Source of the DNA: Candidatus Magasanikbacteria bacterium RIFCSPHIGHO2_01_FULL_41_23 | Lineage (GTDB): Bacteria > Patescibacteriota > Patescibacteriia > Magasanikbacterales > UBA922 | DNA length: 64,000 bases | Assembly: GCA_001782805.1 (NCBI GenBank) | Contig: MFPT01000019.1 | Coordinates: 1,801-65,800 of the forward strand | Direction of reading: 5' to 3' | Shown: in pieces, positions 47,034-57,384 of the stretch | Layout: each line of letters starts with the position of its first letter | Position numbering within the stretch: position 1 is the first letter of the stretch | Made by a program: the position numbers and the translations under genes | The notes under the pieces: generated by a model | What the model saw: the letters and a program-made list of their open reading frames with translations, nothing else | Database searches by the model: none | What the model was told of the DNA's origin: nothing

Positions 47034-47516
47034 GTGGTTTTTATGTCAGCTCCTCAATATATGAGTTTGGAAAAGTTGTCTGCTCTACGCGCTGAATCAA
47101 CTGAAATCAAAAGTGTGAAAATTCCTTTAATTGCTCGTCGCATTGATGAAGCTAGGCAAATGGGTGATTTGTCCGAGAACGCGGAATATCACGCGGCACG
47201 CGAAGAAATGTCTTGGGCGCGCGCTCGATTTGAAGAATTATCATTTATTTTGGAAAACGCGATTGTGATTGAAGAGGCTCAAAACACTGCCAAAAAAGGA
47301 GCTACCGTACAGCTTGGTTCAACTATTATCGTCTCTATTAATAATAAAGAAAAAACATATATGATTGTTGGTGCTCAAGAGGCTGATCCGGGAGCTGGAA
47401 AAATTTCCAATGAATCTCCGCTGGGTCAGGCTTTTTTAGGCAAAGCCAAAGGTGACCCGGTTGAAGTAAAAGTCCCGTCAGGCATGCAGGTCTATACCAT
47501 TACTGAAATAAAATAA
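47034..47516 (+). CDS. greA: Transcription elongation factor GreA
   Basis: Coiled-coil N-terminus with the conserved acidic tip (DLSENAEYHAA). FKBP-like C-terminus. Confidence 0.85.
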   Translation: MVFMSAPQYMSLEKLSALRAESTEIKSVKIPLIARRIDEARQMGDLSENAEYHAAREEMSWARARFEELSFILENAIVIEEAQNTAKKGATVQLGSTIIVSINNKEKTYMIVGAQEADPGAGKISNESPLGQAFLGKAKGDPVEVKVPSGMQVYTITEIK

Positions 47517-47537
47517 TAATTTGGCATTTTAATTACT

Positions 47538-49025
47538 ATGTCAGACATCAAATCGTCCATTGATATTAATGATGAGTTTTCCATTCGGCTTAATAAATTG
47601 CGCGAATTGGAAGCAGTCGGACGTCTGGGATATCCGGCGCGTTCTCATCGTTTGCAAATAATTAAAGACGCGCTTTTGGTTGAGCCAGATAAAGAAGTAA
47701 CAATTGCTGGCCGTATTATCACCAAACGTGACATGGGTAAATTGACGTTTTGTCATATTCAGGATGAGTCAGGTAGGATGCAAGTGGCATTAAAAAAAGA
47801 TGAATTACCCGATGTTGACTACACTACTTTTATTAAGAAAATTGATGTCGGTGACATTGTTCAGATCCGCGGTGAGCGGTTTGTGACGCACAAAGGCGAA
47901 GAATCTATTCTCGTACGCGAGTGGACTTTATTGTCCAAGGCTTTGCTCCCCATGCCGGAAAAATTTCATGGTTTGTCTGACATTGAAGTGCGCTATCGTC
48001 AACGCTACCTGGATTTAATGTCCAATCCGGAATCAATGCGGATCGCCGTGGTGCGTAGTAATGTGGTCCGCGCCTTGCGTAGTTATTTTGACGCGCGTGG
48101 TTTTTATGAAGTGGAAACACCAATTTTACAAACCCTGTACGGTGGTGCTTTGGCCAAGCCGTTTGTTACGCATCACAACGCGCTCGACATCCCGTTGTAT
48201 TTGCGCATTGCGCCGGAATTATATTTGAAGCGTTTGATTGTCGGTGGTTTTGAAAAAGTGTATGAAGTCGCAAAATGTTTTCGCAATGAGGGTATTGATC
48301 ACAACCACAATCCGGAATTTACGCAAATTGAATTTTATTGGGCGTACGCGGATTACACTATGCTCATGGATTTGATGGAAGATTTGTTGCCGACGTTAAT
48401 TAAGGCCGCCGGTTTGCCTTTGAAATTTACGACCAATGGGGCTGAAGTGGATTTCACGCCGCCGTATCCTCGCGTTTCCTTGCGTGATTTAGTTAAGCAA
48501 TACGCCAAAATTGACATTGAAGAATATCCGGACGCGGCATCAATGCTCGCGGTGGCGAAAAAATTAGACGTTGACGGCGTGGACGAGACACTTGATCGTG
48601 GTACATTGGTTGACGAAATTTACAAAAAATACGCGCGGCCGTTTATTATCAATCCCATTTTTATGATTGATCATCCGGTGGAATTGTCACCACTGGCTAA
48701 ACGAAAATTTGACGCGCCGAATTATGTTGAGCGTTTTCAACTGTTGTGCGTGGGTGGTAATGAGCTCTGCAATGCGTTCACAGAATTGAATGATCCGATT
48801 GATCAAGAGGCACGGTTCAAAGAACAAGTGGCCAATAAAGAAGCGGGGAATGAAGAAAGTATGCCCTATGACGAAGATTTCGTGACCGCGCTCAAGCACG
48901 CCATGCCGCCCACGGCTGGTTTGGGTATGGGAATCGATCGCTTGATTAAATTACTGGTTGACGCGCCTAATTTGAAAGAAGTAATTTTGTTCCCGACATT
49001 GAAGCCGGTTGAGAGAAAAGAGTAG
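47538..49025 (+). CDS. lysS: Lysyl-tRNA synthetase (class II)
   Basis: OB anticodon-binding domain, then class II motifs (FRNEGID, GGNELCNAFTELNDP, GLGMGIDRL). Confidence 0.9.
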   Translation: MSDIKSSIDINDEFSIRLNKLRELEAVGRLGYPARSHRLQIIKDALLVEPDKEVTIAGRIITKRDMGKLTFCHIQDESGRMQVALKKDELPDVDYTTFIKKIDVGDIVQIRGERFVTHKGEESILVREWTLLSKALLPMPEKFHGLSDIEVRYRQRYLDLMSNPESMRIAVVRSNVVRALRSYFDARGFYEVETPILQTLYGGALAKPFVTHHNALDIPLYLRIAPELYLKRLIVGGFEKVYEVAKCFRNEGIDHNHNPEFTQIEFYWAYADYTMLMDLMEDLLPTLIKAAGLPLKFTTNGAEVDFTPPYPRVSLRDLVKQYAKIDIEEYPDAASMLAVAKKLDVDGVDETLDRGTLVDEIYKKYARPFIINPIFMIDHPVELSPLAKRKFDAPNYVERFQLLCVGGNELCNAFTELNDPIDQEARFKEQVANKEAGNEESMPYDEDFVTALKHAMPPTAGLGMGIDRLIKLLVDAPNLKEVILFPTLKPVERKE

Positions 49026-49076
49026 TAATTATATGGATATAACACTCAACATTGAATTTGAAAAAGCAGTCCATGT

Positions 49077-49496
49077 ATGAAAACGGTGATGGTATTCGGA
49101 ACATTCGATATTTTGCACGTTGGCCACTTGGATTTTTTTAAGCAAGCGAGAAAATTGGGTGATTATTTGTTGGTTGTAGTCGCGCGTGATGTGAATGTAA
49201 AAAAAATTAAACAAAATGAAGCGATTAATAATGAAAAAGAACGGTTGGAATTACTCCAACATATTGATTTGATTGACAAAGCGATCTGGGGCGATACGCG
49301 CGATGTGTATAAAGTCATCCGTACATACAAGCCAGACGTTATCGCGCTTGGTTATGACCAAAAAGAATTTACGGATACATTAAAAGACAAAATGAAGGAA
49401 TTTAAATTATCTACGAATGTTGTGCGTCTCAAACCATACCACGCCGAAAATAAAAAAAGCGGCAAAATAAAATCCATTCTTCTCAAAAGTTTATGA
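49077..49496 (+). CDS. Cytidylyltransferase-fold nucleotidyltransferase, RibL/TagD-like (probable FMN adenylyltransferase)
   Basis: GTFDILHVGHLDFF (HxGH). Collinear with archaeal-type RibL. Confidence 0.6.
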   Translation: MKTVMVFGTFDILHVGHLDFFKQARKLGDYLLVVVARDVNVKKIKQNEAINNEKERLELLQHIDLIDKAIWGDTRDVYKVIRTYKPDVIALGYDQKEFTDTLKDKMKEFKLSTNVVRLKPYHAENKKSGKIKSILLKSL

Positions 49497-50533
49497 TGCG
49501 TGAGCTCCTCATTGCGACAACTAACCAGCACAAAATCACCGAGATTAAGGCTTTTTTGGAGCACATGCCATTTACGTTTTTATTGTTATCAGATCTTAAA
49601 GAATCTATCCCAGCCCCTGAAGAAATAGGGGAAACTATTTCCGAGAACGCCGTGCTTAAAGCCCGTTATTACGCGCAAAAGTCCGGTATGTTAACTTTAG
49701 CTGACGATACCGGACTTTTTATTGATGCTCTTGAGGGCTGGCCAGGCGTAATGAGCGCGCGCGTGGGATCAACGAGTACAGAGCAAACAGATTTAACATT
49801 GCAGAAAATGGAGGAAGTTCCGGAAGACAAACGCACGGCTCACTTTGAATCCGTAACCGCTTTGGTTGATCCGGAATCAAATGTAGAATTTATTGCTCAT
49901 GGTGTAACGCAGGGAAAAATTTTGACCAAGCCGGTTGAGCATCCAAATCCGTTTGGTTTTGATCCGATTTTTTATCTTCCCGAAATGGGGAAATCGTACG
50001 CTGAATTAACGACCGTAGAAAAAAATGCGGTGTCGCATCGTGGCAAAGCGTTAATTCGTATCAAGCATCATTTGCAAAATACCTACGTGGCCAAACACAT
50101 TGTCGTGCCATTTGCCTTAATTATCAAAGACGGCCGAGTATTAATGAATTTGCGTAATGATCCGCACCGACCGGAATATCACAACAAATGGGAATTTCCC
50201 GGTGGAAAAGTTGAATTTGGCGAGACTATGCATGGCAACTTGATTCGTGAAGTGAGAGAAGAAGTGGGATATGATGTGCAAATTGTCAAAATGCTTCAGG
50301 ATATTGCTGTGGAAAGTCAAATGCAAAAAACCTACGCGTATCAGGTTTTTCTCGTTCCCTATGTTTGTAAAATTATTGGCGGCGATGGAAAGTTTTCCGA
50401 CGGCGAAGTTTTGGAAACGCGTTGGTTTGATGTCGATGACGTTTTGAATTATGAACTGATCGGGGAGAACGAAAGGATGTATCGGGCGTTTTTGCCGGAA
50501 TTAAAAGAAACCATAAAAAATTATCAATTATAA
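49493..50533 (+). CDS. Fusion of RdgB/HAM1 non-canonical purine NTP pyrophosphatase with C-terminal Nudix hydrolase
   Basis: N-terminal HAM1 motifs (TTNQHKITE, LADDTGL, GFDPIF). C-terminal Nudix box GKVEFGETMHGNLIREVREEVGY. Confidence 0.8.
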   Translation: MMRELLIATTNQHKITEIKAFLEHMPFTFLLLSDLKESIPAPEEIGETISENAVLKARYYAQKSGMLTLADDTGLFIDALEGWPGVMSARVGSTSTEQTDLTLQKMEEVPEDKRTAHFESVTALVDPESNVEFIAHGVTQGKILTKPVEHPNPFGFDPIFYLPEMGKSYAELTTVEKNAVSHRGKALIRIKHHLQNTYVAKHIVVPFALIIKDGRVLMNLRNDPHRPEYHNKWEFPGGKVEFGETMHGNLIREVREEVGYDVQIVKMLQDIAVESQMQKTYAYQVFLVPYVCKIIGGDGKFSDGEVLETRWFDVDDVLNYELIGENERMYRAFLPELKETIKNYQL

Positions 50534-51799
50534 TTGTATATGTTAGATATTAAATTCATCCGCGACAACAAAGATTTATTAAAACAGAATTGTAAAAACC
50601 GGAATGTCGAAGTTGATATTGACCGACTCATTGAGGTTGATGGACTTCGCCGTACAAAAATTGGCGAAGTTGAAGAATTGCGCGCGATGCGCAAGGCCGG
50701 ATCAAAAGCCAAACCGACATCGGAAGAAATTGAGCGTATGCGCGTGGTGGGGGAGGAGATTAAACAAAAGGAAACTGAACTCGCGGCGATTGAAATCGAA
50801 TACACAGAAATGATGATACGCGTGCCAAACATAACGCATCCCGAAACTCCGATTGGCGGGGAAGATAGTTACAGGGTGTTTGAAACCATCGGGGAGCCAA
50901 CGCAATTTGACTTTACCCCAAAAGATCATGAAGAATTATTGACCAACCTCAATTTAATTGATTTTGAGCGTGGCGCGAAAGTTGCCGGCGGTAAATTTTT
51001 CTTTTCCAAGGGTGATTTGGTTCGATTGAATCAAGCCTTAATTCATTATGGAATTGATGTGGTAACTGCGCATGGTTATGAATTAATAGAAACTCCTGAT
51101 CTGGCGCGTAACGAAATTCTGCAGGGGATTGGTTTCAACCCACGCGGTCTCGAATCGCAAATATATTCAATTGAAAACATGGATTTAAGTTTAATTGGCA
51201 CGGCCGAAATTACGGTTGGCGGATATCATAAAGATGAAATTTTGGATTTAACACCTGGGCCAAAAAAATATGTTGCGCTTTCGCATTGTTTCCGCACCGA
51301 AGCCGGCGCGTACGGTCGCGAAAGTAAAGGATTATATCGCGTGCATCAATTTACAAAACTGGAAATGTTTGTGTATTGTAAACCCGAAGACAGCGAAGCA
51401 ATGCACCAAGAATTATTAGCGATTGAAAAAGAAATTTGCGACGGACTTGGTTTGTCCTATCGTGTGATTGATATCGCGAGCGGAGATTTGGGCGGACCGG
51501 CGTATCGTAAGTTTGATATTGAAGCTTGGATGACAATGAATGGTTCGGCAAGCTCACCACAAGGAGGCTTCGGTGAAATTACGAGCACGAGTAATTGTAC
51601 GGATTATCAGGCACGACGTTTGAACATTCGTTATCGGACTGAAAACGGTGAAACAAATTTTGTGCATACTCTAAACGGTACGGCGATTGTGACGAGCCGA
51701 TTTCCCATCGCGATTGTAGAACAATATCAACAAGAGAATGGCACGATCAAAATGCCTGAAGTTTTGCAAAAATATTTAGGAAAAAAAATAATCGGTTAG
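50534..51799 (+). CDS. serS: Seryl-tRNA synthetase
   Basis: N-terminal coiled-coil arm. Class II motifs (FRTEAGAYGRESKGLYRVHQFTKLE, GSASSPQGGFGEI). Confidence 0.9.
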   Translation: MYMLDIKFIRDNKDLLKQNCKNRNVEVDIDRLIEVDGLRRTKIGEVEELRAMRKAGSKAKPTSEEIERMRVVGEEIKQKETELAAIEIEYTEMMIRVPNITHPETPIGGEDSYRVFETIGEPTQFDFTPKDHEELLTNLNLIDFERGAKVAGGKFFFSKGDLVRLNQALIHYGIDVVTAHGYELIETPDLARNEILQGIGFNPRGLESQIYSIENMDLSLIGTAEITVGGYHKDEILDLTPGPKKYVALSHCFRTEAGAYGRESKGLYRVHQFTKLEMFVYCKPEDSEAMHQELLAIEKEICDGLGLSYRVIDIASGDLGGPAYRKFDIEAWMTMNGSASSPQGGFGEITSTSNCTDYQARRLNIRYRTENGETNFVHTLNGTAIVTSRFPIAIVEQYQQENGTIKMPEVLQKYLGKKIIG

Positions 51800-51826
51800 T
51801 AGTATAGATAAAACGCAATACACTCT

Positions 51827-52594
51827 ATGTCAAGCATAATTTTATCACAAAAAGCAGTTTTAATAATTCTTCCCGGTTGGGGAGGCACGCGTCAAACGTG
51901 GCATGAATTTATTAGATTGGCGGAAAAAGATTTTGAAGTTAGGTGTCTTGAATTACCTTGTTTTGGAGCTGAACCAGAACCTGATTCTGTTTGGGGAATT
52001 TCCGAGTATGTTGAATTTGTAAAAAACAAGATTTTGGAAATTAATTATTCATCTAGCGCTAGTGGACAAAAATCAGATCGAAAATTAATTATTTTAGGTC
52101 ATTCTTTTGGCGGTCAGGTTGCTGTCCAGCTCGTTGGTACCAATTCAATTATTTGTGATACACTGATATTAAGTGGCCCGGCGATTTTTCGGAAAAATTG
52201 GTCATTTAAAGCTTTGATTTTTTGGCCAATCGCGAAATTGGGTAGATTATTTTTTTCCGTTTCCCCATTTAAAAAATTAGAAAAAACAGTTCGTCACGTA
52301 TTCTACAAATTAATTGATTCTCCTGATTATACACAAACATCAGGCCGCACTCGAGCCATTTTTCAAAAAATAACCAAACAAGATGTTTCGGAATTTCTGC
52401 CACAAATAACGGTTCCGACTTTGGTGATAGCCGGAGAAGGTGATACCTCTGTTTCAGCATCGGCCAGCGCTCGCGCGGCGCGATTAATTCGGAAGGCTAC
52501 GTTTGTTTCTGTTTCAAACGGTACACATGGACTACATCGTCAAAATCCAATAGAGTTTTTGAGCATAATAAAAAACTATTTAACTTCCTTATAA
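51827..52594 (+). CDS. Alpha/beta-fold hydrolase
   Basis: GHSFGG nucleophile elbow. Confidence 0.6.
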   Translation: MSSIILSQKAVLIILPGWGGTRQTWHEFIRLAEKDFEVRCLELPCFGAEPEPDSVWGISEYVEFVKNKILEINYSSSASGQKSDRKLIILGHSFGGQVAVQLVGTNSIICDTLILSGPAIFRKNWSFKALIFWPIAKLGRLFFSVSPFKKLEKTVRHVFYKLIDSPDYTQTSGRTRAIFQKITKQDVSEFLPQITVPTLVIAGEGDTSVSASASARAARLIRKATFVSVSNGTHGLHRQNPIEFLSIIKNYLTSL

Positions 52595-52599
52595 CAAAC

Positions 52600-54216
52600 A
52601 TGTTTGCACTCCTTAATCCATTCAATATTGTCATTTTTGGTCTCTGGTCAATCAGTGCCATTCTAGACTATGTGGAATTTTGCCACATCTGGCAATTAAA
52701 AGAATATCGCATTGATCGCATGCGTGATTTTTTTTCTACCAAACAAGGTCAAAGTTGGTGGCTAAATTATTTTTTGTTGATTCGAATTTTTTTGGTTTTT
52801 TTGGTTTATTTTTGGCCGATCAATGAAATTGTTCATTTAAAGCTTGGTATCTTGGCCTGGTTTACGGTTGATGTATTGTATCATGTCAGTCGATTGTTGC
52901 GCCGTTCTCTCCGCTATCCCAATCCAACAGTAAAAGCCGTACTGTTGATTATCTCGGCTTTTTTATTTGAATTTAATTTGGCTATTCTTTCCCGCGATTG
53001 GAACGTGGTTTTTTTCTTTCTCATTGCTCGTTTTTTTGTTATTAGTTTTTTGGTTTTGGTGTTGAATCAAATAACGCATAGGATTAAAGAATGGATTATC
53101 TGGCGCGCCACCAAAAAAATTGCCACATATCAAAAGCTGATTGTAATTGGAATTACGGGCAGTTATGGGAAATCAAGCGTCAAGGAATATCTGAGTCAAA
53201 TTTTGGCGGAAAAATATAGAATTCTTAAAACTCCGGGTAATACCAATACTGATATTGGAGTGGCCAAGTTTATTTTGCGATCTGATTTAGACAGTGTAGA
53301 TATTTTTGTGGTGGAAATGGGAGCTTATCAGATTGGCGAAATAAAAAAAATCTGTGGGATTGTCAAACCAAAAATCGGAATTTTGACGGCAATCATTGAA
53401 CAGCATTTGTCATTATTTGGTTCAATTGAAAATATCCAGGAGGCCAAGTACGAATTATTGCGTGCTATTCCGCGCGATGGTTTAGTTATCACCAACGCGG
53501 ACAATATTTTTTGTTCGGAATTATTACCGAATTTAGATTGCGAGCGCAAAGAAACATTTGGCGAGGATATAAAAAATATGCCTGATTGTTTGATTTCCGA
53601 TATTAAAACCAAAGCTGAATTTGCCGTAGAGTGGAACATTGATTATCAAGAAGGAACATTATCTTTCTCCGCTCCGCTTTTGGGCGCGCATCAAGCAAAC
53701 AATATTACTCCGGCAATTATGGTGGCGCGTTATTTGGGAGTCTCTGTTAATCAGATTACCCATGCGGTTAGCCATTTGCGTCCGGGGGAAAAAGCTTTGT
53801 CGGTATATCAGTATGGCCGAGCAACGATTATTGATGATACGTATAATTCCAATCCGGTTGGTTTCAAAGCGTCGCTCAGTATTCTAACTTCATTTCCATC
53901 CACTCTTCCGCGAATCGTCATTACGCGTGGCATGTTGGAATTGGGTGAAAAAACTCGTGAATATCATGAGCAAATCGGTGAAGAAATTTCGTTTTCCGCC
54001 GATGAGTTAATCATCATTACTCCGGATTTTGTGGAAGATTTTATGGCGGGAATCAGCGCACTCAAAGATAAATATCGCTTGAAGGATGTAAAAACAATTT
54101 TTTCAGCAGTGGAATTGCTTGAATATATTAAGAATCGAAGTCATGAGCCGGTCATAATTTTATTGGAAAATAGAATGCCGTTGAATGTGTATCAGGAAAT
54201 AAAGAAAAATATATGA
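52600..54216 (+). CDS. Mur ligase (MurF-like UDP-MurNAc-peptide ligase) with ~170-aa N-terminal polytopic membrane extension
   Basis: ATP-site motif IGITGSYGKSS, followed by Mur ligase middle and C-terminal domains. The first ~170 aa are hydrophobic. Confidence 0.7.
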   Translation: MFALLNPFNIVIFGLWSISAILDYVEFCHIWQLKEYRIDRMRDFFSTKQGQSWWLNYFLLIRIFLVFLVYFWPINEIVHLKLGILAWFTVDVLYHVSRLLRRSLRYPNPTVKAVLLIISAFLFEFNLAILSRDWNVVFFFLIARFFVISFLVLVLNQITHRIKEWIIWRATKKIATYQKLIVIGITGSYGKSSVKEYLSQILAEKYRILKTPGNTNTDIGVAKFILRSDLDSVDIFVVEMGAYQIGEIKKICGIVKPKIGILTAIIEQHLSLFGSIENIQEAKYELLRAIPRDGLVITNADNIFCSELLPNLDCERKETFGEDIKNMPDCLISDIKTKAEFAVEWNIDYQEGTLSFSAPLLGAHQANNITPAIMVARYLGVSVNQITHAVSHLRPGEKALSVYQYGRATIIDDTYNSNPVGFKASLSILTSFPSTLPRIVITRGMLELGEKTREYHEQIGEEISFSADELIIITPDFVEDFMAGISALKDKYRLKDVKTIFSAVELLEYIKNRSHEPVIILLENRMPLNVYQEIKKNI

Positions 54217-55430
54217 AGTCTTTTATTTTTACGGGATTTTCACCAAACACACGCGCCGAAGATGCTTGGCTGGCTTTTAAATTATTATTAACCCTCCCCA
54301 AACAATTATTTTTACATAATGCCACGCGAAAATTAGAACAGTGGTTTCGCGAATATTTTTCCTGTTCGTACGCGATTGCTTTTGACAGCGGAAGATCCGC
54401 TTTGCAAAAGGCTTTGGAAGTCAATGACATTGGTCATAATGACGAGGTTATTCTCCAAGCATTTACTTGTATTGTGGTCGCGAATGCCGTAACTAATTTG
54501 GGTGCAACGCCAATTTACGCGGATTGCACTGATACCTATACGCTTAATCCCGCAGACGTAAAGAAAAAAATTACCCAAAAAACCAAGGCAATTATAATTC
54601 AGCATACGTTTGGTATACCGGCTCAATTGGAAGAATTATTGGCCATTGCCAGAGAACGCAAACTTTTGGTAATTGAAGATTGTGCCCATTCACTTGGCAA
54701 TGTACATCAAGGAAAATTACTTGGTACATTTGGTGACTTAGCAATGTTTAGTTTTGGAACTGACAAAGTAATATCGGGCGTGCGTGGCGGTATGATTATT
54801 ACCAATAATAAAAAATGCGGTGACTTGCTTCAAAAAATTCGAGATGATTTGCCCCAATTGTCCATACTGGTTCAACTGCAACATTTACTGCATCCCATTT
54901 TTTTCTTTATTGGCAAAAATATTTACCATCTTTTTATTGGCAAAGTTATTCTTTTTTTAGGACAAAAATTTAGAATTGTCAATCGAATTATTTATTCAGC
55001 TGAAAAAGAGGGGAGAGTGCCTGTGTGGTTTCCGGCGCAAATGCCAAATGTTTTGGCCACACTTGCTTTCAACCAAATAAAAAATTTGGATGCTTGGAAT
55101 ATGGCGCGGCAAAAAAATTCCGCTTTTTATGCAAAACAATTATTAAACAAAATTGGTGTCCAAATAAATGATAATCAAGGCGCGTGGCTACGTTTTCCTT
55201 TGGAAGTAACTAATCCAATTCAATTAAAGCATAAGGCGCTTAAGAGTAGAATTATTTTGGGCGATTGGTATTCTTCTCCTGTCGCGCCGATTGACAGTTC
55301 AAGTGAATCAGCCAAATATATGGCAGGCTCATGTCCAAATGCTGAGAGAATCAGCAAACATATTATAAATCTTCCGACCGACCAATTTTTAAGTGAGGAA
55401 GATTTGCAACGAGTGACCGCGCTATTCTAA
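54213..55430 (+). CDS. DegT/DnrJ/EryC1/StrS-family PLP-dependent sugar aminotransferase
   Basis: Fold-type I motifs. Lysine region SFGTDKVISGVRGG. Confidence 0.7.
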   Translation: MKSFIFTGFSPNTRAEDAWLAFKLLLTLPKQLFLHNATRKLEQWFREYFSCSYAIAFDSGRSALQKALEVNDIGHNDEVILQAFTCIVVANAVTNLGATPIYADCTDTYTLNPADVKKKITQKTKAIIIQHTFGIPAQLEELLAIARERKLLVIEDCAHSLGNVHQGKLLGTFGDLAMFSFGTDKVISGVRGGMIITNNKKCGDLLQKIRDDLPQLSILVQLQHLLHPIFFFIGKNIYHLFIGKVILFLGQKFRIVNRIIYSAEKEGRVPVWFPAQMPNVLATLAFNQIKNLDAWNMARQKNSAFYAKQLLNKIGVQINDNQGAWLRFPLEVTNPIQLKHKALKSRIILGDWYSSPVAPIDSSSESAKYMAGSCPNAERISKHIINLPTDQFLSEEDLQRVTALF

Positions 55431-55436
55431 TTTTCA

Positions 55437-56492
55437 TTGTCTATGACACTAAGAGTTATTAAAGATATTGATCCTCAGCTGTGGAATGTATTTTTGAAAA
55501 AACAAATCTTTACTATTTTTGTTCAGTCGCCGGATTATGGTGATTTTTATCGCTCAATGAGCGAAAAAGCTTGGATTTGGGGGATTGTTGACGAATCAAA
55601 CAATTTAGTTGGCGGTTCCTTGATTGTAAGCGTCCATGCTCGGCGCGGTAATTTTATTTTTGTGCCGTATGGACCAATTTTTGATTCTGAATTAACAGAA
55701 GACGAATTAAAAACCGCATTTGATATTTTTATAAAAGAGTTGCAGTTGTTTGCTCATAAAGAGAAGTATGATTTTATTCGGTGCAGTCCTTTTTTTGCCG
55801 ATACACCAAACTGGCGTGAAGCTTTTTCCCAACGTGGATTTCGTTTAGCACCCATGCATATTTTGGCTGAATATACCTGGCTTTTGGATATTACCAAAAG
55901 CGAAGATGAATTGCTAAAAGGAATGGAAAAGAATCACCGTAATTTGATTCGTCGGTGTGAAAAAGAGGGGATTAGAGTTGATATTTCAGTCACGTCAGAG
56001 GCATTGGTTGATTTCAATGATCTGCTTGATGCCACGGCTCTTCGTCAAAATTTTCATCGCTTTCCAATTGAGTATATTAAAAAAGAGTTTTTTAGTTTTG
56101 CGTTACGTGGAGAAGCAGTGGTAATTCGCGCTTATTTGCCAGATGGAACACTTGATACAGCAGGGATTTTTATGTTTTATGGTACCATGTCCTGTTATCG
56201 GCACGCCGCTTCAAAATTAACTGACAAAAAAATTCCCACATCGTATTCAGTCCAGTGGACAGCAATTCAAGAAGCCAAGCGTCGCGGCTGTACACGGCAT
56301 AATTTTTGGGGAATTGCCCCGCCCGATGCCGACAGCAGTCATCCTTTTTATGGTTTGACACATTTTAAAAAAGGATTTGGCGGACAACCTTACGCGCTTC
56401 TGCCTTGCCATGATTTGCCAATCAGCTGGCGATATTGGTTTACTTGGTTTGTGGAAAAAATACGAAGTGTCAAGCGGGGATTTGCTAAGTAA
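55437..56492 (+). CDS. FemAB-family peptidoglycan bridge-formation aminoacyltransferase
   Basis: FemAB layout with a C-terminal GNAT-like block (VQWTAIQEAKRRGCTRHNFWGI). Confidence 0.6.
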   Translation: MSMTLRVIKDIDPQLWNVFLKKQIFTIFVQSPDYGDFYRSMSEKAWIWGIVDESNNLVGGSLIVSVHARRGNFIFVPYGPIFDSELTEDELKTAFDIFIKELQLFAHKEKYDFIRCSPFFADTPNWREAFSQRGFRLAPMHILAEYTWLLDITKSEDELLKGMEKNHRNLIRRCEKEGIRVDISVTSEALVDFNDLLDATALRQNFHRFPIEYIKKEFFSFALRGEAVVIRAYLPDGTLDTAGIFMFYGTMSCYRHAASKLTDKKIPTSYSVQWTAIQEAKRRGCTRHNFWGIAPPDADSSHPFYGLTHFKKGFGGQPYALLPCHDLPISWRYWFTWFVEKIRSVKRGFAK

Positions 56493-56495
56493 AAT

Positions 56496-57326
56496 ATGCG
56501 GGTTTTTAAACAAAAAAAAATTAGACGAGTCCTTAGGCATAATTTTTCTTTTCAGAGTGGATCGGAAAAATTGGATATTAAGAAGATGACATTAAAAAAT
56601 AAATTATTTGGATTTTTAAGTATCTTGGCTTTAATCAGTATTATTGGACTTTTTATTTGGCATCCGGCATTTAAAATTAGAATTATTACCTTGACTGGAC
56701 TTGAGCGTACTGATTATGCTGAAGTTCGTCGCACAGCCGAAAACATCTTGGGCAGTCAACGATTTGGTTTTTTACCGCGCAATAATTATTTTTTAATCAA
56801 TGAATCCGAGCTTGAGGAAATTATTGTAAATAGATTTTTTTTTGAAGCGATAAAAATCACTAAGAAATTCCCCAATTCGCTATTGATCAAGGTGTATGAA
56901 CGTCAGCCAGTAGCAATTATACAGAAGGAAGATTCTCGTAGTCTGGTTGACTCCAATGCCTTAATTGTAGAAAAGCTTAGTCAGATTGATGTCACTACCT
57001 CAACAAAAAACAATTTTCCGTTATTAGTTTATTTAGATGGGATATCAAGCCAACCGGAAAAAGACAAACAATTAGTCGAAGGGGTTTTGGCTTGGAATAA
57101 TTTTATAACCAAGTCACTCAATGTGTCTGTAATTAATTATGTGATTGAAACAGAAACCAGCGGAATGATTGTTATTGAAGATGGCTGGCGTATATTGGCG
57201 AATTTTACCGAAAATCGTGAAGCGCAATTTACGGCACTCAACGCCGCGTTTAAACAAAATAATTTTAGCACAGAAGGTCTACGATATATTGATGTTCGTT
57301 ATCCGGGGAGGGCATACTGGCAATAG
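56496..57326 (+). CDS. ftsQ: Cell division protein FtsQ/DivIB (POTRA domain)
   Basis: N-terminal TM and a POTRA-like region. Gene context with the mur/fem genes. Confidence 0.6.
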   Translation: MRVFKQKKIRRVLRHNFSFQSGSEKLDIKKMTLKNKLFGFLSILALISIIGLFIWHPAFKIRIITLTGLERTDYAEVRRTAENILGSQRFGFLPRNNYFLINESELEEIIVNRFFFEAIKITKKFPNSLLIKVYERQPVAIIQKEDSRSLVDSNALIVEKLSQIDVTTSTKNNFPLLVYLDGISSQPEKDKQLVEGVLAWNNFITKSLNVSVINYVIETETSGMIVIEDGWRILANFTENREAQFTALNAAFKQNNFSTEGLRYIDVRYPGRAYWQ

Positions 57327-57384
57327 AAATATACTGTCGCACAATATATCTTATGCGACGCTACAGATTAAATTAAATTATTTA

